DNA of 16,402 bases, from positions 1 through 16,402 of the forward strand of contig JBBQYG010000085.1 in assembly GCA_038208905.1 (NCBI GenBank), read 5' to 3'. The notes beneath the pieces are model-generated. The model was given only the letters and a program-made list of their open reading frames with translations, did not search any database and had not been told where the DNA came from. Shown piece after piece: positions 8,305 through 15,177 of the stretch (position 1 is the stretch's first letter; each line of letters opens with the position of its first letter). The position numbers and the translations under genes are program-made. The stretch comes from Candidatus Sumerlaeia bacterium. GTDB lineage: Bacteria; Sumerlaeota; Sumerlaeia; SLMS01.

Positions 8305-8640
8305 CCGCGTCTTGTCATCCTTGCGGCGTGTACTGAGGGCAATCTCCGCAGCCCGTCAAGCGTAAGGTGGCCCATGCACGCTCCTCGAGTGCGTGGGAGC
8401 GCGCTCGCGTCAATTCGGCAGGCCATTCTACGAATACTCTTGGCGCGCCCCCATGTTTCGGGAGGCTACCCTCAGCGATCATCTCGGTCGGAAAACTCTC
8501 GCGCTGGCTGGCGGCTCGCGGCTAAACTCCATCCCGATAAGGATGGGTGTCCCAGCTAGGGGAATGCTGCCACCGCTGGGCGAATCAATTCCCAGGGTCG
8601 AATATCTCCGCCGATGTGCGACGTCGAATCCTGCGATAGC

Positions 8641-8952
8641 ATGACCTTCACACGGCCCCGCAACCGGGCGGGGTGGCTGCGTGTGCTCTTCGCGGCGCAG
8701 GGCTTTGCAGCGATTCTGGTGCTGTCGTCCCACGCGGTCCATCACCCGGACGAGGCTTCCCATCACTCCGAATGTGCCGCTTGCTGGCATGGCGGCTCGA
8801 TGCCCGATCCAGAAGTCCCCCCGCGGATTTCTGTGTCGATACCCTTCGTTGACTCCCCCCTCGCCTGTATCCTACCCGGCGACGAGGTCATCCCAGAGAG
8901 CCCACAGCACCAGTCGGCTTCGCCTCGCTGGCCCCCGGTCCCCACCTTCTAA
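8641..8952 (+). CDS. Small His/CxxC protein with an N-terminal hydrophobic segment and a C-terminal RAPP-like motif (DUF2946/CruR-like); candidate regulatory leader peptide
   Basis: MTFTRPRNRAGWLRVLFAAQGFAAILVLSS (basic then hydrophobic), HAVHHPDEASHHSECAACWH, a Pro-rich linker, then SPRWPPVPTF-stop. Alternative ATG at 8614. Family call is from motif order only. Confidence 0.7.
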   Translation: MTFTRPRNRAGWLRVLFAAQGFAAILVLSSHAVHHPDEASHHSECAACWHGGSMPDPEVPPRISVSIPFVDSPLACILPGDEVIPESPQHQSASPRWPPVPTF

Positions 8953-9030
8953 CCACATCGCTGGAATTCCACTGCCCTGTGCGGCGTGGCGCGGCTTTGC
9001 CCTGCCCCGCCCGTGCGCACCCTCGATCAT

Positions 9031-9035
9031 AGGAG
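9031..9035 (+). promoter_or_regulatory. Shine-Dalgarno site for the prepilin-like gene
   Basis: AGGAG with 9 nt between it and the ATG at 9045. Confidence 0.7.
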
Positions 9036-9044
9036 AATTATACC

Positions 9045-9680
9045 ATGCAGCGCTGCAAAAGCGTCCGTCTCGATGGCTTCACGCTCATCGAGCTGCTCAT
9101 CGTCGTGGCGATTATCGCCATCCTTGCGGCCATCACCGTTCCGAACTTCCTTGAGGCCCAGACCCGCGCGAAGGTCTCACGCGCAAAGTCGGACATGCGC
9201 TCGGTCGCGATCGCCCTCGAGTCCTATCGCGTGGACAACAACAACTACCCACCCGGGGTTCAGCTATCGGACCCCGATATATACACGATCAACGGGGCGG
9301 AGGAAGTGATCGAAACACTCGTTCCCTGCACCGTAACCACGCCCATCGCCTATATCACGTCGCTCCCGCGCGACGTGTTTCCGCCAAAGGGACAGGCCGT
9401 AGCGGGTGAGTCCACCGAAAGCTCCTTCCACTACCTTGATCGTCACACTTCGCAGTCGCGCGGTGAGCCCGACGTCATCGACGAATTCCACGAGAAGCTC
9501 TCGGGAACAAGAAGCACTTCGGTGGGCTGGTGGATGTTCACCCTCGGCCCCGACCTCGATCACGACGAGGATATTTCCGGAGCGGAGCCCGAGGTCGAGA
9601 CCGCATACTATGATCCGACGAACGGGACATTGAGCAGCGGCGACATCTACCTGTTTCAGGGGAAGGGATTCGGCAACTGA
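9045..9680 (+). CDS. Prepilin-type N-terminal cleavage/methylation domain protein (type IV pilin / GspG-like pseudopilin)
   Basis: Short leader, then G|FTLIELLIVVAIIAILAAITVPNF (class III signal peptide with E5). Later motifs ALESYRVDNNNYP, TTPIAYITSLPRDVF, GPD and YDPTNGTLSSGDI. Confidence 0.92.
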   Translation: MQRCKSVRLDGFTLIELLIVVAIIAILAAITVPNFLEAQTRAKVSRAKSDMRSVAIALESYRVDNNNYPPGVQLSDPDIYTINGAEEVIETLVPCTVTTPIAYITSLPRDVFPPKGQAVAGESTESSFHYLDRHTSQSRGEPDVIDEFHEKLSGTRSTSVGWWMFTLGPDLDHDEDISGAEPEVETAYYDPTNGTLSSGDIYLFQGKGFGN

Positions 9681-9783
9681 CCTAGCAGGCGGGAGCCGAC
9701 GAGGGCTTCCAGCGTTTGCCACCCCCCTCCGATCCGCCCGGCTGCTTCCCTCAAGGAAGGCACCGTGAATTGGAGCGCTCCAC

Positions 9784-9828
9784 TTGACAGCGTCCACGGC
9801 GGTCATAATTATCACGTAGTTTTTATCA
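9784..9828 (+). promoter_or_regulatory. Putative sigma70-type promoter with an AT-rich operator-like element upstream of the beta-helix gene
   Basis: Perfect TTGACA at 9784-9789. AATTAT lies at 17-nt spacing and CATAAT at 14-nt spacing. The region is locally AT-rich in a GC-rich background. Confidence 0.4.
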
Positions 9829-9922
9829 AACGGTCGGCGTTGTCGGCTCTCCGCTCGACTCACAGGGCCGTTCGGGCACCCGGCGCCTGCCGCCGCATGA
9901 AATCCTACCAGAGGGCAATTCG

Positions 9923-11326
9923 ATGAAACTCCGCTATTCGCAATGCCTCTACACCACGGTGCTGCTTGCCGTGGCCTTCATTTGCCCGGGGACCGCTCCC
10001 GCGGCCGATGTCGAGGTAGGCGGGCAGAAATATGCCACCATTCAGGAAGCAATCGACGCCCATCCTGGCCAGATGATCTTCCTGCCCGGCGGGGATCATG
10101 TGATCTCCCAGGCAATCGTCATCAAGCATAGCGGCTCGGGCCTCTACGGCGGGGCCCGCATCGTCCAGGACAACCCCGCGCAGGACATCATCCGCGTGGA
10201 AGGCGCCAACGACGTCCGGGTTCGCGACCTGACGCTAACGCGGGCCGAAGGAACCCAGGACGCACCGGGGAAGGCCGCAGTGTGGGCGGAAAAGTGCGAT
10301 CGCCTCGAACTATCCGGCTTGCAGGTACACGAAAATCGCAGCTCGGCTGGATCGATATCGCTGCTTGCCTGCCGCCAGAGCAGGGTTAGCGAATGCCTCG
10401 TGAACAACTACAAGACTCTCGCGATCGACGACCGCTCCAAGAGCGACCTCTATGGATTCGCCTTCAAGGCCATCGACGGCACCGGAATCCAGATCCGCGA
10501 GTGCGTCGGCGTGCAGGTGATCAACAACCGCGTGATCGAGACGACGTATATACCCACGAAGGAGAACCGCGACAAGTATGACCTGGGGACCCTGACCATC
10601 ATGCCGGAGAAGCCGGGTCGCTTGATGCAGCAGGACATCTTCGACACGCGCTACACAAACAACTGGCACCAAGGCGCCGGGCTTCAGGTGTCTTCGCCCA
10701 CCCAGTCGGACTTCATCACCATCACCGGCAACTATTTCGAGAACGCCGCCCAGGGCATGGACATTCACGCCGACCACGTGATCATCTCCAACAATCATGT
10801 GAACCGCGCGATGATCGGCATGAAAACGATGCACGGCGCCAAGCACGTGCTGATCTCTTCCAACCAGTTTAGCTACTGCGACTTGTGGGGGCTGAAGCTG
10901 ATGCCGGGGGCCCTCTCCCACGTTGCGTGCGCCGCCGCCGACGACAAGCCAGCGCGGGACGAAAACACCGACGGCGGGACGATCGTCGCCAACAACATCT
11001 TCACCCACTTCGGGCTGGGCGACCAGCGCTGGAATTGGGAGGGGCGCAAGCCGGAGTATCCCGAGCGCAACGTGATCGCCGTCCTTTTCGGCCAGCTCGA
11101 AGACAATCCACCCATCACGGACATCATCATCACGGGGAATCTGGTGTACGATAGCGGCAAGAATCAGGTTCTGATCGATGGCCAGCCACAGGTGGTGGGG
11201 CCGAAATACTACTACGCGCTCTACGTGGAGCCGACCCGGCAGCCAGCGCCACGGCGCGTCCTGGCGAAGGGCAATCTATTCGATCCGGGAATAAACGGCG
11301 CCTCGAACTTGCCGCTCGTTCCCTGA
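9923..11326 (+). CDS. Secreted right-handed parallel beta-helix repeat protein (pectin-lyase-like fold; possible polysaccharide-active enzyme)
   Basis: Signal peptide ending APA|AD. TIQEAIDA...MIFLPGGDHVI N-cap typical of beta-helix proteins. Repeats ITGNYF, IISNNHV, LISSNQF, IVANNIF and IITGNLV. Confidence 0.85.
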   Translation: MKLRYSQCLYTTVLLAVAFICPGTAPAADVEVGGQKYATIQEAIDAHPGQMIFLPGGDHVISQAIVIKHSGSGLYGGARIVQDNPAQDIIRVEGANDVRVRDLTLTRAEGTQDAPGKAAVWAEKCDRLELSGLQVHENRSSAGSISLLACRQSRVSECLVNNYKTLAIDDRSKSDLYGFAFKAIDGTGIQIRECVGVQVINNRVIETTYIPTKENRDKYDLGTLTIMPEKPGRLMQQDIFDTRYTNNWHQGAGLQVSSPTQSDFITITGNYFENAAQGMDIHADHVIISNNHVNRAMIGMKTMHGAKHVLISSNQFSYCDLWGLKLMPGALSHVACAAADDKPARDENTDGGTIVANNIFTHFGLGDQRWNWEGRKPEYPERNVIAVLFGQLEDNPPITDIIITGNLVYDSGKNQVLIDGQPQVVGPKYYYALYVEPTRQPAPRRVLAKGNLFDPGINGASNLPLVP

Positions 11327-11363
11327 TTCTTAACCTTAACATCAGCCAAGGACACCCACGATC

Positions 11364-11834
11364 TTGAACCCCTGGCATATCACAGCGATACTTGGTGCAT
11401 CCTGTGTGAGCGCAATTCTCGGAATGTATCGACAAGCCTCTGCGGCGGATGTCCGTGGTGGCATCGTAGCGCCAGCCGATTTCCCCGCCATCCACCCACG
11501 GCAATCACCGCGGGCATTCACCCTGATCGAGCTGCTTATTTACGTCGCGATCATCGCCATTCTGGCGTTGGTAGCCCTGCCGAATTTCCTGGAGGCGCAG
11601 ACACGATCCAAGATTTCCCGCGTCCGCGCAGACCATCGCACAATGGCAACGGCGCTGGAGGCGTACTTCGTGGACATCAACACGTATCCGGCCAATGGCA
11701 CAGGGGCGCCAAATCTGGGGCTGATCATGCTGACCACGCCGATCGCCTTCGTCAGCGGAGGAGGCTACTATCGCCTCAGGCCGGACAATATACGCAATTT
11801 TCAGTCGGATGCGAACCCCCAGATATTTCCCTGA
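11364..11834 (+). CDS. Second prepilin-type N-terminal cleavage/methylation protein, C-terminally short (possible pseudogene); start uncertain (TTG 11364 or ATG 11424)
   Basis: RA|FTLIELLIYVAIIAILALVALPNFLEAQTRSKISR...ALEAYFVDINTYP...LTTPIAF. By manual alignment 40 of the first 58 mature residues match the 9045 paralog. It lacks the YDPTNG...GDI end. Confidence 0.78.
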   Translation: MNPWHITAILGASCVSAILGMYRQASAADVRGGIVAPADFPAIHPRQSPRAFTLIELLIYVAIIAILALVALPNFLEAQTRSKISRVRADHRTMATALEAYFVDINTYPANGTGAPNLGLIMLTTPIAFVSGGGYYRLRPDNIRNFQSDANPQIFP

Positions 11835-11864
11835 TCAAACAGGCAAGGAAAGGAATCGAAGGAC

Positions 11865-12683
11865 ATGATGAAGAGACTGTTGAGCTTCGCGCTGTTGATG
11901 TTCCTGCTCCTTGGCGTGAGCGCCTGGGCACAGGATACCCCGCCCACCGCCACGCCGCAGGCCAAGTCGGACAGGCAACTCGAATGGGAGGCGTCCGTCG
12001 CGCCCAAGTACAAGACGTGGCCGCCTCTGGCCTATCTGGAGGAAGACCCAAAGCTCCCTCGCGCCCTGCTGATCGGCGATTCAATCTCCGTTGGATATAC
12101 AACCCGCGTGCGGGAGGCGCTGAAGGGAAAGATCAACCTCCACCGCATCCCCGTCAACGGCGGCAGCACGCTCGTCGGCCTTGAGAAGATGGACGGCTGG
12201 CTAAAGTGGCAGGACAAATGGGACGTCATCCATTTCAATTTCGGCCTTCACGACCTCTCTCGCGAGGTGGATGGAAAGGCCGACGTAGCGGGCCCCGTCA
12301 AGGTTCCCGTGGAGAAGTACGTGGAGAATCTCGAAGTGCTCGTAGGCAAGCTCAAGGCCACCGGCGCGGAGATCATCTGGGCCACCACGACACCGGTCCC
12401 GGCGGATTCCCCAGGCCGCATCAAGGGCGACGAACTGATCTACAACGCCGCCGCCGAGAAGGTCATGAAGAAGCACGGAATCCGCATCAACGATCTCTAC
12501 ACCTTCATCCAGCCCAACCTCGAAGTTGCACAGCCCCCCAAGGACGTGCATTTCAGGGACGAGGGAAACGATCTCTTTGCGCCGCACATCGGCGCGGAGA
12601 TCATGGCGGCGCTGGAGGCCAAGAAGCGGCCGAAGGCGGCCGAGGCGCCTGCCAAAGGGACGAAGGAAACCAGCGCGAAGTAA
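11865..12683 (+). CDS. Secreted SGNH/GDSL-family hydrolase (esterase)
   Basis: Signal peptide ending AWA|QD. Block I LLIGDSIS, block II NGGS, block III FNFGLHD, block V KDVHF. GAAGGA RBS upstream. Confidence 0.9.
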   Translation: MMKRLLSFALLMFLLLGVSAWAQDTPPTATPQAKSDRQLEWEASVAPKYKTWPPLAYLEEDPKLPRALLIGDSISVGYTTRVREALKGKINLHRIPVNGGSTLVGLEKMDGWLKWQDKWDVIHFNFGLHDLSREVDGKADVAGPVKVPVEKYVENLEVLVGKLKATGAEIIWATTTPVPADSPGRIKGDELIYNAAAEKVMKKHGIRINDLYTFIQPNLEVAQPPKDVHFRDEGNDLFAPHIGAEIMAALEAKKRPKAAEAPAKGTKETSAK

Positions 12684-12701
12684 GGGGCGAAAACTGAACA
12701 C

Positions 12702-12734
12702 GGGTGGCCGCACCCACATGGGGCGCGGCCACCC
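12702..12734. terminator. GC-rich hairpin between convergent genes
   Basis: gggtggccgcaccc / gggcgcggccaccc form a 14-bp stem with one mismatch (G-U on the minus strand) in the 53-nt gap between the two stops. On the minus strand it is followed by gtgttcagtttt. Confidence 0.6.
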
Positions 12735-12736
12735 AG

Positions 12737-14446
12737 TTACGCAGGCGCCAGCGCGTGATACGCGGCGACCGCCGCCCCGAGTTCTTCCCGCTCGCGCGGC
12801 GACAGCTTGCTCATCAACCCGAGGTCGCTGTAGGTTTGCAGAAGCGACTCCGCCTGCATCCCGCGATAGATCACGTTGGGGTCGATGATCTTGCGATCCA
12901 TGATGCTCTCGAGAAGTTCCTGGCTATAGGCGGGCTTTGTGGCCGCGGTGGACTGGGTGCCGTACTGGCCAAGGTTGCTGGCAAAGATTCCGGCGGCGCT
13001 GAAGGGGAGGAAATCCTCGTAGCGCAAGCCCTCCGCGCGCGCGAAGCCCTTCTCGATCAGCTCGTGGATATCCGTGGTCGCGATCGTTCCCGCGGCGGCG
13101 ATTCCCTTGGCGGTGGCGGAATAGCGACCGAGGACAAGGCCCTTGCCCAGAAGCTCCGGCAGTGTCCTTGGGAATTCCGCGAATACTGCGGCGCAGGCCG
13201 CCAGAAAGGCCGCGTAGTCGCGCTTGATCAGGTCCGGGTCCCTGGTGCGCTCGGCTTCCATCGCGATCAGGCAACGGTCGTAGAGCTCGCGGCCAACGGT
13301 GGTCGTGGCATAGAAGCGCTGCTCAATCTCGCCGAAACGCGCCGTGTGCTTCGCGTCCAAGGTTGAGCCGTCGGGCTGCTGGAAAATCACCGGCTCCGTC
13401 AGCGCCTTGTAGGAATCCTGGCGGAGCAACACCGGCGTCTCCACCGGCGGTCCCTCCGTGAAATCCTTGAAGCCGGAATGCCTCAGCTTGCTCAGGTCCA
13501 GATCGCTCTGGGTCAAGCGCTCGGCAAGACCCGCGGCCAACGTCGCGATGGCGGAATCCGAAACTTCTCCCGCGGCGAAGGACTCGATATCGTCGCTGCC
13601 CAGATGGCGGAAATGCAGGCGCATGTAGTCGCGGTCCGCCGCCGTGCGCAGCCACGTCAGCGCGCTCGCCGCGCGGGCCGCGAAGGTCGCCTTGTCGAGC
13701 TCGCCAAGACAGAACTTCATCGCCGCCGTGTACAGGTCCATGCACAGCGTGTTCGGCGTCAGGTGGTTGAGGTGATGGCTCTCGAAACACGCGATGTCCG
13801 CCGCGATCTTGAAGCCCGCGTCGGAGAGGTCCTGGTAGAGCTGGTAGTCGTGGGCGCGCCCCGTCCACCGGAAGATGCGCGCCGTCCCCTCCTTCACCAA
13901 CTCGTCGCTCTCCGCCTCGCTCAGGCCGCCCTCCTCCTGGTTCTTCAGGATCAGCTCCTTGGCCCGGTCGGAGAACACCTGGCGCTGGGCCAGTCGCTTC
14001 TCGATACGCTCGGCGATCTCCGGCGCGAAGTAGTCGACCATCAGCAGCGAGCAGAACACCCGGTGCTCGGGATTCATCGGCGACCGGAACGCCGTCGCGA
14101 TGATGGGCTGGCTCTTTCCGCCAAGGGCCGTCATGTCATAGAAGTTGTGGGGCAGCATCGCAAACGCGTCGAAGAATCCCGCCACCCATCGGTATTCCTC
14201 CCGCGTGCCGATGCGGATCGCACCATGGCGCTCTCCGCTGGCCTTCTCCAACTGCTCCGCAGTCAGCGCGAATCCGCCGTGCTTCTTCGCCAGCAACGCG
14301 CAAACCGCCTCGTTCGCAACCCGGTTCACCAACAGCGACTTGTCATACAGCGGCACCTCCCGCCCAAACATCGCGGAGAGCTCGGCAAAGAGCCGGTGCT
14401 GCATCCTGGTCTTGTCGGCAAACTTGCGCGTCGGGGTCGAGAGCAT
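12737..14446 (-). CDS. hglS: 2-oxoadipate dioxygenase/decarboxylase (hydroxyglutarate synthase; YdcJ/DUF1338, VOC fold)
   Basis: LSAMFGREVPLY, ERHGAIRIG, HRVFCSLL, HHLNHLTP, EGPP...LLRQDSYKAL, HTARFGEIEQR and YEDFLPFSAAGIFASNL match the YdcJ/HglS signature segments. GGAGG lies upstream of the ATG. Confidence 0.9.
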   Translation of the reverse strand: MLSTPTRKFADKTRMQHRLFAELSAMFGREVPLYDKSLLVNRVANEAVCALLAKKHGGFALTAEQLEKASGERHGAIRIGTREEYRWVAGFFDAFAMLPHNFYDMTALGGKSQPIIATAFRSPMNPEHRVFCSLLMVDYFAPEIAERIEKRLAQRQVFSDRAKELILKNQEEGGLSEAESDELVKEGTARIFRWTGRAHDYQLYQDLSDAGFKIAADIACFESHHLNHLTPNTLCMDLYTAAMKFCLGELDKATFAARAASALTWLRTAADRDYMRLHFRHLGSDDIESFAAGEVSDSAIATLAAGLAERLTQSDLDLSKLRHSGFKDFTEGPPVETPVLLRQDSYKALTEPVIFQQPDGSTLDAKHTARFGEIEQRFYATTTVGRELYDRCLIAMEAERTRDPDLIKRDYAAFLAACAAVFAEFPRTLPELLGKGLVLGRYSATAKGIAAAGTIATTDIHELIEKGFARAEGLRYEDFLPFSAAGIFASNLGQYGTQSTAATKPAYSQELLESIMDRKIIDPNVIYRGMQAESLLQTYSDLGLMSKLSPREREELGAAVAAYHALAPA

Positions 14447-15177
14447 GGCGGCGGCCTCCTGGGGAATCGTGACCAGCGGGGGCCATCGCGGCGCCTCGCT
14501 TCAACGGCGAGGATGCTGCGCGCGGCGGGGGAGCGATGCAATGCTTTCCCGGTCGCGATTGGGGGAGGTGCGCCCGCATGTCCCTGAAAAAACAGGAGCC
14601 ATGAAATCCGAGTTGTGGAGCGAACAGGAATATCCGTCTTACTGTCCTGGCGTGGCACCGCCCGCCACGCGCCATCACCCCGAAAAAAAACCGCACCACG
14701 GTTCTCCCCGGCAGTTCCGCGATTCCCTTGAAGACCTCGTCGGAGAAGGTGACGCGTGCAACGGCATCGGCGCAAGCAACCCCAACGCCTCGGGGTCGGG
14801 GAGCAATTCCACCAAGCCCCCCCCAGCAACCGCACCAACGTCGAGAACGCCCCCCGGAATTCTCCCGGTAGACCCGCGAAAACTGCTCGTCAAACGTATC
14901 GAGGGACGCCATCCCGCCCACCGGTCTCCACTCGTCTCTAGGTCGGCAAAATGGACCGGAGGCGAGGCGGAAGAACAGGCGAAATATGGGCGAAACTTGA
15001 CTGCAAGCCGCGTAGGGTGAGGCCGCTTCAGCACCTATGGCAAGTGAACAGGCAATTCCTTTTTCCTTGCCCCATTTGCCACTTTCTGCAATGATGAATG
15101 TGTGAGAAGAAATTGCTCATACAAGCCACCGAGGCGCTTTTGACCAAGGTCGCGTCCGCCATGTGAGGGAGTTTTCG

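Noticed and set aside
1188-8365. Long plus-strand ORFs (1188-2126, 3116-4105, 4314-5900, 6599-7498, 7556-8365)
   Set aside because: Antisense shadows of well-supported minus-strand genes, typical of high-GC DNA, with no recognisable motifs.
8305-8640. Riboswitch (cobalamin or SAM) or clear promoter in the divergent hemA/leader intergenic region
   Set aside because: Only short hairpins (e.g. ccatcc-cgataa-ggatgg) and TTGACG hexamers without a well-spaced -10 are present; I could not recognise conserved riboswitch cores by eye.
9685-9719. Hairpin after the first pilin-like gene as an intrinsic terminator
   Set aside because: The stem depends on several G-U pairs and a bulge, and there is no U-tract.
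12704-14587. Plus-strand ORFs 12704-13366 and 13478-14587
   Set aside because: Antisense to hglS and with no independent coding signal.
14568-14600. gtgcgcccgcatg resembling a group IIC intron 5' end
   Set aside because: The similarity stops after about 12 nt; no domain V/VI and no reverse transcriptase ORF are visible.
14601-15020. Possible 139-aa ORF MKSELWSEQEY... preceded by AGGAG
   Set aside because: The SD-like sequence is only 2 nt from the ATG, and the product is low-complexity Pro/Ser/Gly with no recognisable domain.
15038-15056. TGGCA as a sigma54 -24 element
   Set aside because: No GC/TTGC at the required -12 spacing on either strand.
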